A stretch of DNA of 61,598 bases, counting the filler, from Bipalium vagum (taxonomy: Eukaryota): the NCBI GenBank assembly GCA_037834085.1. It is 3 parts of 3 records of this genome, joined end to end, with 100 filler letters (N's around TTAATTAATTAA, not from the genome) between each part and the next. Parts side by side here need not be neighbours in the genome. Positions count along the whole stretch, not along the records: positions 1 to 18,128 come from JBBMKC010032255.1; 2 more parts are not named here. The stretch is one strand, 5' to 3'. Shown here in pieces: positions 1-12,160 of the stretch (its first letter is position 1; every line of letters starts with the position of its first letter). The notes beneath the pieces were generated by a model. The model saw only the letters and a list, made by a program, of their open reading frames with translations, searched no databases and was not told where the DNA came from. The translations under genes were made by a program, and so were the position numbers.

Positions 1-1200
1 TTAAAATCGGTTTTTCAATATTAATTATTATTTTTTTTCACTTTTATTAATTTTATATTTTAGTAATTTATTTTTCCTTTTTATTTTTTTATTTCACTAT
101 TTTATTAGTATATAAAAAATATCTTTTATATTTTCCGACACTTTGTGTACGTCACATTTGATAAGTCTAAAAGATACGTAGAGATACGTGTTGGTAAATA
201 TATGAGAATGGAGGTGGAAAGATTAATTAGTTAAGTCAATGTGGACTTATAAATAATATTCTATTTACCAAATAAATTAGCAGTCATAATTAGAAGAAAA
301 GAGACTTTTTCTACGAATTCGATAATTAATTATCATTTTGGGTAACTTAGATTTTTCATTACTTTACCTCTTTCATTATGTTACATTTGATCTCTATTGG
401 ACTTATGGCATCAATGAGAACCTTGGTTACTTGTAATAATTAGAGATTGAAAGAATAACGTAATTATCATATTCCAAATAATGAAAGTCGGGGATTTATA
501 ATGGAAAAGTTCACTGAAATAAATTCAAAGTCAAAGTAAATACTGATCTTTCAATTAATTTAATTACTGAGATAATTACTTTTTGATTAGGATCACTCTT
601 TACTTTCAATTAATATTTGTTATGAATCTCGATCAAAATAATAAATCAGTTCTTAAATGAAATATATAATTATATATAACATAGTGGAATTTAAACTTTA
701 TCGAATTTCATATATACTGTATTTACTTGGTAACAATTGTGGAATGTAAACCATCTATTAATATATTTTATTTATAATCAGTATTAATGTATATTATATT
801 TCACAAAAGTATCACATTAATACAAAACTTGCAAAACTTTATATTATTTTATAAAATTTGGATGAAATTTGATATCACTGCAAAAAATGGTTTTTGTTTA
901 AATAATTAATTTAATCTAAATAATTCAAATTTATATAATAATAATAATAATAATAAATTTAATTATAGAATTTTTAACAAAATAGAGTAATGTCTTATTA
1001 AGTTTTTTCAAAAGAAATTGTAAAGTAAATAACTTTACCTATATATATAATTTCAGTTGATAGCAAATTTCTAAATTTTAAAAATTAAATATTAAAAATA
1101 GATTAGTAAAACAATTTTAACCTTGAAAAAAGAGCTGCAAGTTTTATATATATTTTTCACACAAAATGAAAAATTTCAAACTTGAAACAGGTTATTTATC

Positions 1201-2220
1201 TACAGAGTGTTCGACATAGACTGGAAATATTTTCGCTATTGTATAAAACATCGTATTTTTTAAAAAAAGCCATCAAACGTTCATTTGTTTAACTAAACTA
1301 ATTTATCAATGATATTAATTATCGATAGATAATTTTTATCGTTTTAGACATGACTTCAGAATAAGATCAGTGCTAGAAATTGCTTACTGTTAGGAAAGCA
1401 ATCAAACAAATATTGAATCGATTTGTTATGAGAAGCCAACAAATCGATAAAAGGTTTAAGAAAGATGGTGACGAAGGTAATCTAAATACAAAAAGGAAAA
1501 TCCTCATATAACATTTTGACTTAAAAAGGACTCCAAATGTCATAGCCTATTTAAAACGGAAGATTGATGACTGACGTGGCAAAGGAAATGATTGTGATCA
1601 TGACAACAGATAATATTGTGATAAGGCCAGATATATGATACAATTTTTTATCGACGAAAAGAAAATTTCAATTCATAATCTTAAGACAGGGTTTACTTGA
1701 TAAAACAGGCTAGGGTTGTTAAAATGTTCCGATGAGAAATACTTTGTTAAAAACAGGCAATTCGATCGGTAGAAAGTTGATCTGTCAGCATGTTTGTATG
1801 TTCTAACGACATTACACTCCAAATTCCCAGCGTTTCATGGTGCTGGATATTATATCTAGTGAAGATGAAGGTATGCACCTACACGTTTTCGTAAAAGTCC
1901 TTGCAGTCAACACAGAAGGACATATCAACAAACTAAAAATGCTTGTATAACTCAGGATCGGCAAGGTAGCCGATGGCAGAAAATTTATATTCTAACAAGA
2001 TTGTGGTCCACTTCATAAAGTAAGCAAAATACAGACATTTTTTTCTGAAAATCCCTTTGCTTATACTACTTTTGATCTTTTTTCTGAATACAATGCCGTC
2101 GATCATTATCTATTTGACGCACCTAAGGCACAGGTCAACGACAAACCGCATTACACTATCAAGATTTTATATGATGATATCAAGAGGATAATGGTACATT
2201 TAGATGACAAACATAACTCT
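1201..2220 (+). mobile_element. Decayed Tc1/mariner-superfamily transposon, maT (DD37D)-like
   Basis: Left end TA|CAGAGTGTTC at ~1201. Degenerate transposase: SDEKYF (~1727), then FMVLDIISSEDEGMHLHVF...NTEGHINKLK...ADGRKFIF*QDCGPLHK, resembling the maT motif VMVLGVVSSEGDVMPPHFF...FQQDSAPAHK. Many stops and frameshifts. Confidence 0.75.
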
Positions 2221-4209
2221 TTTCAAACATACATAAAACTGTTTCTTCCGGCCTGAATTTCATTTAAAGCTTAAATCTTTTAAGTAACCCTTTTATCAAT
2301 AGTTTACGTTAGATACCATTGACATTATGTCTTGGTGAAAGTGTTTGTTCTACGTCTTTAGTTCTGCTTTCAATAATTGGTTTTAAAACGTACATTTTCA
2401 TCTAATTATGATCACAAAAATCAAAGATGTTATCAAACAGATTTTCTTCAAAAAAGCAAGTCCAGACTGAGTTCAAATGAACAGTATTACCTTTTGTATT
2501 GTAGTAAAGGTTTCAACAGATATATTTTATTTTCATTTCATGGTCACAGATACCATCAAATGCTGTGCCAACAGTAAGCACTATTGATTTATAAATAATA
2601 AATCTGAAAACGATGATCGATAACTTTTCTTTATCAGTGACATTTTAGACGAAAATAATAAAATAAATGGATCTGATTTTGTGATTAAATTTAACGATAA
2701 ATCCGAATCACAAATGTTTACAGTAAACAATTTTTGGAAAAATATGCAAATAAGTTTTGTTTGTGTAAGAAATATTTCAAAAAATTTTTATTTATGCTAT
2801 GAGAGAGGTAAAGAGATTATTATTTTTTATGTAAATGTTATATGTAACAACAAAGATGCTTTTGTTATTTAATCTTTTCTTGCTTTTTGTTCGTTAATAA
2901 TTTATTTATTTAAACACAATGATGGAATTATTTCGAAATATTAAGAAAAATAAACGGTGTTTATTTTTTTCTGTTTTATTTCACATTTTGAGATTTATTT
3001 TATTTTTATTTTCTATTCAGATTGTTAAAGATTTGTTTGAATGGTTCGTTTTCTTAATTTTTAATATCACAGTGTAATTTAATATCGCCATGTTCGTTAC
3101 AGAGAAAATCATTATTTTAACCAGGTCTTGAAATTAAAGAGATTATTATTTCATTGGGATAAAGCAAATGTTTTTCATTTTCACGTGATCATATTTATTG
3201 ATGCGTTTTAATCTGAATCCGAAAGTGTTTTATTATTTTTTTTGAGGTGCCTTGATTTAAGTTTAGAAAATTAAATATCAAAGGAAAAATTTATTATTTC
3301 TAATATTGGAAGTTGCGAAATATTTTCTTTGAAAATTGAGAAATAAAATTGCTGTTATCGTACATTATTATTTAATTTATAAATTTTATTCAGCATAAAT
3401 TCATTTGTTAAGTAAAATTTATCGAATAACGATATACGAAATAGATTATTTTGTTTTAATTATTGATTACATTTAATTAACATTGGGTTGGAGGCAAAAA
3501 CGTTACAGATTAGTGTTTATTTTATAAATTATATCTCCGTTATTTTTATAAACATTTATTTTCCTGTATTTAGAGAAAACTTTAATCTTCTCACTATTTC
3601 ATTTTTATATTCCTTTTATGTTTTGATTTCCATTATTCCCCAAGTGTAAACTTTCTAATTTTTATTTTTGTTTAATCCTGTGACGTTTTTAAAATGAAAA
3701 GAGTTAGTAAATAAACATTTAATTTTTTTTAAAAATTAATTTTAATATGGGTTTTTAAAACTTTACTTTATTACCAGTTATACATAGCTTCCATTAAACA
3801 TTGAATTAAGAACAGAGAATAAACCCTATTCATGTTCCGAAGTCCATATAAAAATAAAGGATTTTAAATGTTAATTGATAATTTTTGTCAAATATATGTT
3901 AAAGCATTATTTGAGAAAAACTCGCCCTTATTTAGTGTATAGTTTTTATTTACCCTAAACGGTGGGTTATATTTTGTTTTCCCTAATCTATTCAAAAATG
4001 ATCTACCAATAATTTCTATTGTATTTATCATGGACCCATACATAAACAAGACAATAAACGTTTATCAGATTCAAAATCAAGGACAATCACCTAAAAGTTT
4101 ACTTTCATCAGAATTTTACAGACGATAACTCAAAGAGGTATTGAAGTCTTGGTCAAGACTATCTAATAAAGACAGAAAATATACTCGTGATTTGATATAA
4201 ACATATTAA

Positions 4210-4740
4210 TTGGTGACTTGCATAAAATTACTTGATTGCTTAATAGTACTTGAGGTCAAGATCAAACCCAAGGTTGTATCCAAACCAAAATATTATCTTG
4301 AATTGATATTATCTATTTGGAAAATGTTGATTGAAGATTTATGTAAGAAAAAGATATGCTCACGGTTTATTCCTCAAACCTTGACTCCTGAACAATTGCA
4401 ACGCAGAGTTAATTGTTGCAGAAAATTCATTTTGCCTTGTGATACTGACCCAAATTTTATCAAATCAATAGTTACTGATAATGAGTCGATGTATTTTCAA
4501 TTTGATCCTGAAACCAAACGACAGAGCATGCAATGATGGGGTTCAAAGAGCTTTCCAAAACCAAAAAAGTTACGGCTACAAAAATCATAAATTAAAACCT
4601 TCCTGATCACGTTTTTTTGATTCTGATGGATTCATTCACAAAAATTTTCTACCTTCTGATAAAACAGTCAAAGAAGTGATGTCTCGGATTTTGAAAAGGT
4701 TCGCAGAATTAGACCTGAGTACAGTACTAAAGGAAGTTTA
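4210..4740 (+). mobile_element. Mariner transposase fragment (irritans-like)
   Basis: ORF 4210-4536: KKICSRFIPQTLTPEQ...IVTDNESMYFQFDPETKRQSMQ (WVPH-like and TGDE-like motifs). Continues past a stop as PKPKKLRLQKS*IKTFLITFFD. Confidence 0.85.
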
Positions 4741-7351
4741 TTATAGGCTAATCGATAATATAAATAAATAAAGGAATTGTAATAAAAAAAGAATAATACG
4801 ACATTTCTCTATTAGAATATCTTAATTTTCTACTAATTTCATTTTTTGAAAAAAATATCTTTTTAAGATATTATGATAAAACAGTTTTAGAAAAGTTTTC
4901 AAATTATTTTTCGTAATCTTTTTTTTATTCATTTTGTAATAAATTAATTAATTAAAATTGACTTCATAATTCATAATATATATATATTATTATAAATATA
5001 TGATAACAGAAAACATGCTTGACTTTTTTATTAAAAGTAGAAATATAGTTTTTTTCAGCAGGCATTTCTTTTATTTTATTGGTTTTAATTGAAAAAAATC
5101 ATTTAGTTTTTTTCATTGAATCGAATCGTCATTGTTTCTTTATAATTTGGCATTGCCACAATGGGCAATATGATAAACCTTTCCCTTTTTTCAAGCAAAA
5201 TTTCCATAGGAATTTAGTTTATTTAAATCAATTTAGTGTTACTATAGTTATAAATATTTATTTATAAAGTTGTTCTATTTAAGCCAAAATAACAATTTTT
5301 ATTGTTTCTCATAAAGTAAAAGTGATTTTTTCTCAATCTAATGACATAAAAACTTAGATAAATTGAAAAAAACAGAAAATCGTTTTGAAGAATTATTATC
5401 CTCATTCCATGGGAAATATTTAATCAAAATAAAAGTGACTTACTCAAACTTTTTGCCAAACTTTCTTTAAAAAAATCAATAAATATAATTTTCATAAAGA
5501 GCTGAATAATTTTTTGTTTTAGTGATAATTCTTTAAAAAATAATTATTATTCAGTGATTTATAATTTTTATAATTATTGTTTTAATTAATACAGTAATAT
5601 ATTTTAGATATTTTTCCAATCAACTAAAAATAAAATTATTTATATTATTTATATTTATATTAATTATTATTTTTTCTTATTGATTTTTTAAATTTAAGGT
5701 AATTTATCATGAACTATGCTTACATTTATTCAAGAATTAAAATTTAAATATATATAAATATAATATATAATATGTACAAATATCAATAACAAAAAATATA
5801 ATTTTTAAAAATATTATAAAAAAAAACATTTATGAAATTGATAAACTTTTATTGCCTCTACGATTACCACGTGAAATTAATTTATTAAAACAACAATTTA
5901 CAAATCAATAATTATTTATTTTCTTTTTTAAGATTAAATAAAAAAAACGTATTTTCAAATATTTATTTATTTTTGTTTTACTTTTCGCTGTTCAATGGAT
6001 TTATATCTGTCACAAAATATATTCTAGACGTGTTCTGTTAAATGGACACAGAAAATGTATTTTAAAAAAAAATTAATATTTCTGTCTGTAAGTAGACTGC
6101 TATAACCATTCTGGGAAAGGATTATTTCCATATTACTTTCGCATTGTTTTCGTTCCCCAGTTGATAGAAACATCACAATTGACTTGCAGAGAGTAGTTTC
6201 GACTAAAATGCTGACATAGCTCTCTAAATGTACAATTATTATTTATTTTTATAGAATAATAATTGTTACATTATTCATGGAAAGTTATTGTCGTAATATT
6301 TTTCAATCACAATGGAAAATGTGGATAGGAAAAAATTTTTCTTCCTTGAAAAATCATAGTTCTGTTTTTTTTCCTTTTAATTTTCGAGGAAGAAAATTGT
6401 GATCAATATTAAAGTACTTCATTTTTATATTGGTGTTGAAGTAATTAAAAGTCAAGTTGCGGTTTTCTCGTTTTTTTTTAATATTCTCAATATGATATAA
6501 TCAATTTTCCATGACACCCCACATATGTTTATTGTTTTGTTATTGTGTGTTACGAATTTTTGTGATTTTTTTAAAGAATATTAATGAGGGTTTTTTAATT
6601 TTCTCTTTACTTGGATAGATTTGGAGAGAGTTTATTTCTGTGGAAAATAGTTGTGATTATTTACTGTTCCAGCTGTCAGCTTTGTTTTAATTATTACTGT
6701 CATAAATTACTACTTTTTTAAAACCATAATTATTAACTTTTTAATATAATTTTACTGATTTAAAATATATATTATATATATTATTTTGTTTAAATTAATT
6801 TTATAAAATAAAAATTTTAATAATAACGATAATGCCTATTTTTTTATAAAAAATTCCTTAGAAATTATATAAATATAAAATAATGATGTATTTTGTTCAT
6901 TCTAAATTGGAACTCCTTTTCTGTCATAAAAATTTAGAAGAATTAAGTCTTTAATTAATTTAATTAAAGTTTTTATATCAAAAATAAAATGAAACGTAAC
7001 AAAATTAGGAATTTGAGAAATATGATTTTCTAATTAAGCTTTCTGCTATTAAAATAATTATATATAAAAATTTGATTTAACTGAAAATGCAGTTTTTATA
7101 CTCATTGGAGTTCAAAAAAACAATATATTTTACTGGTATATTTTCAATATCGAAAATGATCACGTTTTTGTCAAATTTCCGTGAAAGGCATTCTTCCAAA
7201 GACTACCCATTCCAGTCATGCCATATATTATATATTGATAAAATCGTAAATGTTGTGAGTTCCTCTTCGGTCATTATATTAACCAAAATCAAAAATGAAA
7301 TTTTCTTACAGACAAGACTTGATTTTACTTTTTATCAAATTTCTAAAATAA

Positions 7352-8200
7352 CACTAGTTTACAAAAAAATTTTTTTAATCATTTGAGATGATAAACTTTT
7401 TTTTCTATTTTTTCCCGCTGATTCCGAATATATAACCAGATTATTTTTAGAACAGTTCTAGAGATATTTTAGATGCATTGTATACTAAAAATTCAATATC
7501 ATACCACAGAAAAAAGATATAAGCAGTAGAAATAGTTATATTTCACAACTCAGAACTTGTTATTTCTCGGAATTACATTTATATTTTTTCGATGTATTAT
7601 CATGATATATCATCCAATAGTAATCGGCTATAATTCTTTTGTCCCAGAAACTCCAATACCGGCTTTCCATAGTCACAAATTGAAATCGTTCACCTTGTTC
7701 ATCGCTAACTGAGCCTAGATTGAGTTTGAAGAAATCTAAGTGGGAATACAAGAAATGCATTTTTAATCACATGTTACAACCCAGCTTTTGGTATGTATAA
7801 AGCAATCGGTTAATATCATTCGCAAAATTTGGTGATATATAATTACCAAGGAAATTAGAACATAGCTACTTGAATGCTTGCCAGACCTCTAGTTCTAAAG
7901 TATCCAGACTTGTATTTAATTTTTCATTCTGCATTAGTGTTCTTATTTGTGGGCCATCAAAGACACCTTCCCACAATTTAGATGTACTGATTTTTGAAAA
8001 AACGGATTCAATTAATTGAAAGCCAACATAATTTAATTTAGTCGTGCGTTTTTAAGTTCTTTATAAGACCAAGTTTAATAAGCAACGGTTTAAGCAACAT
8101 TTTATCCGAATCAATCAACGGACTATTTTTAACAATATTGCTTCCAGGCTCTTATTCCAATCTAGGGGGCCAATTCTGAATAGAGTAATGGTTTGCACTA
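7352..8200 (-). mobile_element. Chapaev3-like (CMC/Transib-related) DNA transposon, 3' remnant
   Basis: Minus-strand motifs PLLIKLGLIKN (~8065-8090), KLWEGVFDGPQIR (~7940-7980) and HFLYSHLDFFKLNLGSVSDEQGERFQ...MESRY...ADYYW (ORF 7560-7760). Terminus CACTAGTTTACAAAAA at 7352. Confidence 0.8.
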
Positions 8201-8971
8201 ATTATAATTAGAAATATTTGGATTTGTATAAAATAAAATAAGATTTTTGTGATACCGTATTTCATTATACATATAAAGGAAAATATAAATTATATCAGTC
8301 ATACCACATAATGTATTACTATAAAATATTGCTATCTTTTTATAGTCTTTTTCATTTATAATTAATTCATAAGATTAAAATATTAAATAAATAAAATAAT
8401 ATTTTAATGATTTTAGCTCACCAAAACTTCAAAAAATAATTATCTGAAAAAGATTATATGCAATAGTCTTCTTTTAAGTGATCATTGAACGTGTTCAATG
8501 ATTTTTATCAAACTACTGATGATACCCTTGGCTGAACTAAAGACAATTAAGATGATGCACATTGAAAAGCTTTATTATATCTGTAAAAAATAAATAATTT
8601 TTTTTCATTTTCTAATTTATTTCTTTCATTAGGATTTATTTTAGACCTTTTTTTTTATTACTACTTAATTCTTCACAATTTTTCAAAACGATTTTTCTAT
8701 TTCTGGAAAATTGAGCTTCATGACAATGAGTCGGTTTATCAAATGAGAAAAAGCATTGTTTTTCCTGTAGGAATGGTACAGAAAAAAGAAACTTTATTCG
8801 TTTTGTGTTTGTCAAAAATTTCTGACTAAAGCCATTATTCTGTTTGTGACTTGCATCTTTCTGTCAATACCATCCAGAATTTTGCCTGTCCTCATAAAAT
8901 GGAAATTGTTTACTTTTTGATTTTGGGAATATGTCGGCCCCATTAGAATAGTGAATGTTGATGAGATTTCG

Positions 8972-9262
8972 TCAATGCTCTTGAAGTCTTTTACACATGA
9001 TATTCAACAAAGTAAAAATTACAACAGTTGAACAAATATGAAAGGCGATTTTTATGCCATATAATGAAAAATCGAAATTTGAAAGATTGTTGAACAGAAA
9101 TTCAATCTTACATAATATGCGCTGATGATGAAAATAGTTTAATTCATTAATTAATAATTTGTTGCGAGCTCTGCGGAATGTTTTCATTATTGCCTCGAAA
9201 TTTTTTTCATAGACAATTTTCAATAATTCTACTGGAAAGTAAGATAAAGATTGAGTCGACAT
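8972..9262 (-). CDS. Possible small ORF (96 aa), unknown product
   Basis: ATG-initiated 96-aa ORF not explained by a transposon. Two CCAAT boxes ~90-120 nt upstream. N-terminus SLSYFPVELLKIV is weakly F-box-like. No homologue recognised. Confidence 0.2.
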   Translation of the reverse strand: MSTQSLSYFPVELLKIVYEKNFEAIMKTFRRARNKLLINELNYFHHQRILCKIEFLFNNLSNFDFSLYGIKIAFHICSTVVIFTLLNIMCKRLQEH

Positions 9263-9349
9263 TAATGGCAGAAATGGATATAAATTGCAATAGAAATGCC
9301 AATAAATAATTGTGAAAAAAGTGTTATTTTTATTTTTATCTTGAATATG

Positions 9350-9385
9350 ATTGGCTTATTATTTAAATTTTCATTTATTGATTGG
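9350..9385. promoter_or_regulatory. Tandem CCAAT (NF-Y-type) boxes
   Basis: gATTGGct at 9350 and gATTGGa at 9381, 31 bp apart. Confidence 0.3.
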
Positions 9386-9459
9386 AAATTATTAAAGATA
9401 TTCTAAATTGTATTATTTATCAATTTGAGAATAAAGTTTATTAATTGAAAAATAAATTA

Positions 9460-10455
9460 TGAAGTCAACAAGAAAGTAACTGTCGGTTTATTGAAGAAAC
9501 AAATGACATGAGACTTTATAAAACAATATATTTTTATTAAATTATGAATTGTCCATTGTTATCAAGCACTTGTTGCCATCTTTTGGAAACATGAAAATTG
9601 CTTTTTACAAATGATAATGAGGTCTTGACCATATGGTTGACGTAGCAATAATATACAATCAATGTTCAATAAATTTATTCAATGTGTGATTTTGCATTGT
9701 CACATGAAAAAACATTTTCTTTACGGTTTGTCAATTTTGGCCGTTTAAGTCGATTTCCATGTTAAATTTTGTCAACTGATCAACGTAAATATCAGAATTA
9801 GTCTTTTGTCTACTTGACAAAATTTCGAATTATATGACTCTAATAATTACAACAAGAGCAAAGCATAACTTTTTATGACATCTGCACTGCTCCCTCTGAC
9901 TGCGCCAGGACTATTTCCGATGAACATTATTGTAGCATATACATTTTTATTTCCCGTTATCAGTTGTTTCAAAAATGGGCTATTTTGTTCCGTTTGATAA
10001 GCAAATTACAGATTTGAAGCGTTGTCTAATGTGAATTTGCTTAAGTTTGTAGGGAACCAATAAATCAAGATTTTTCACGTATCCTACATATTTAATATGC
10101 CTCTCGGTGGTTTTTGTTATACGCTGAGCTTCCATACAATGTCCCGCGTTGTTTTTATGACAATTCTCATTAATCAGTGTTTGATTTTGCCGACACAGAT
10201 ATATATCATATGTTCTTTTTTTCTTTCCGATAATAGAAAACTAAAATATATCCTAGATGGGTGTTCCGATCTTCCATACTAAAACTAGCAAACAATAAAA
10301 GAAATAACAATTTATGAGATTAAAGTAGAGTTTGAAATTTGAATACATAGAATATAGTTTAATATTATTTAAACAATGATTAATTTATTTATTAAACAGT
10401 TACATTGAAGTTTAATGAATATGGAAAATCGACAATTACTTTCTTACCACCTCAA
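9460..10455 (-). mobile_element. Internally deleted mariner with both TIRs (cecropia-like)
   Basis: Left TA|TGAAGTCAACAAGAAAGTAACTGTCGGTTT matches the reverse complement of the right end TA|TTGAGGTGGTAAGAAAGTAATTGTCGATTT. Minus-strand remnants VFSCDNAKSH (HDNARPH-like) and PKRWQQVLDNNGQ (transposase C-terminus). Confidence 0.8.
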
Positions 10456-10689
10456 TAAAATGAAAATCATTTGTTTATATAAATAAATATAAAATGTTTT
10501 CGAATAATATTAATAGCAGAATTTTTGTCGAATTTTCTATTAATTTAATTATTATATTATGGCTGGGAATGTCTGTGGAATCAATTATTCAAACAAAAAT
10601 AAACCAAGCCAAAAATACACTCTTTTTTTTCAAAATATTGGTCTCTAAAGTCAACAAATTTTTTGCATATGTTTGCAGCATTTTTCCAT

Positions 10690-11500
10690 TATAGGGTGTA
10701 AACTTTAAATATAAATACCTCGCAGTTTTGAATAGCTGCTTTAGGTCGCAAAAAGACATTAAATACCTACTTCGTTTTTGTAGCTGGGTACGAAAAAAGC
10801 CACAAAATCGAGTAAATCAGGTGAATACGAAATGTGTCATTAATTCTAACGTTGTATGAGATGCAAAATTGATGGTTTGAGAGCTGCTTTTATTATGGTA
10901 CAGCATATTTTGTTTATTTGGAGCATTTTGTAACTTAGAAACTATTTTTGGTTTTGATTCACCTTTAAAAACAATCAGTGGATTGTTTATTTTCAGAATT
11001 TGATCATAAAATCCATGGTTCGTTGCCATTAACAATGTTGTACATTAAATTGAACCATCCCTTAAATTTATGGAGCATATTTTGGCACCAATCAACACGA
11101 TATTTGTTTCCAGAATTTGCCACATCGTGTGGGATCCAAAGAATAGAAATCTTCCATACGTTCAGATAATCATGCAAAATGGTTTCAATTGCTTTCATAC
11201 TAATACCACAAGATGCTTCAACTCCGAGATATGTAATATGTTGATTTCTTGCAAACATTTCACGCACATCATTATTATTAGTGGCTAAAACAGACGTAGA
11301 CTGACGGCCCTCACAAAATTCGTTTTCAAGACTTCTGCATCCATACTTGAAACCAGTTTTAAAAGTAGCTCTACATGTTCTTCCAAGACGGCAAATTTAA
11401 AATCAAAAAATATCAAAGAACGATAATTTTTCCGTAAAAGTTTAAATTTTATTAATCACTACGTTTTCAAATGTTTAACTATTTAAAACAATTTTTTTCA
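10690..11500 (-). mobile_element. Mariner transposase remnant
   Basis: ORF 11004-11267: ILHDYLNVWKISILWIPHD...RVDWCQNML...NIVNGNEPWI (WVPH and TGDE equivalents). Continues as VFKGESKPKIV in ORF 10817-11035. Confidence 0.85.
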
Positions 11501-11539
11501 TTTATTCAAATACTATACAATAATTCAATGTCGGATTTT

Positions 11540-11710
11540 ATAATTGTTATGGTGTCCAAAAATATGGGTATTTTTCCTTTAGTTGTTCATTCATCCGATG
11601 GAGTTGTGAGGAATATAATTTTAAGTCAATTGATTTATCATTCTGGATCAATTCGGATTGGATTACACCTTCGTAATTCCACCATACGCACAACATAAGC
11701 TTTTCTTCAA
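11540..11710 (-). mobile_element. Mariner transposase internal fragment
   Basis: KLMLCVWWNYEGVIQSELIQNDKSIDLKLYSSQLHRMNEQLKEKYP in ORF 11547-11786. Confidence 0.85.
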
Positions 11711-11799
11711 ATAGTAAAAAAAATCTTAATGTTACTATCTTTTTCATTAAATATATTAAAAAGATATATAAATTAGGTAAAAGCAAATTTTGAAAGTAA

Positions 11800-12160
11800 G
11801 AACATATTTATTGCACTTATAATAGATTTTAATAAAAAAAACTCGAAATTATGTTAATGAGAAGGATGAACCTGGTGTGCTCCTATCCATTTTGTAACTT
11901 TGGGCTTTATTTTTGTCAGAAGCAACATTGAATCACCCAGAACGGCATTGAGTGGGCGATTACACATACCTCAATAAAAATTAGTGAGAACGTACAGTAC
12001 GTTGTTTAAAGACAAATTAAGCGTTTTGAGCAAACGAAATAAATCAAAGTTTCAAAATAGTCATTTTCTTACATTCTTATAGTATTAACGCCCCCAAATG
12101 AGCTTGAATTCACTACCGACTCCCTGGATCCTTGCAGCGCCCACTTCGGAAATCATGATG
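11800..12160 (-). mobile_element. Internally deleted hAT (Buster/Charlie-type) element
   Basis: Minus strand ~11961-11854 encodes NRPLNAVLGDSMLLLTKIKPKVTKWIGAHQVHPSH*, the Buster/Charlie C-terminal QxHPSH* signature. The end near 12158 reads CATGATTTCCGAAGTGGGCG on the minus strand, like a CAGTGATTCCCAAAGTGGG-type TIR. Confidence 0.75.
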
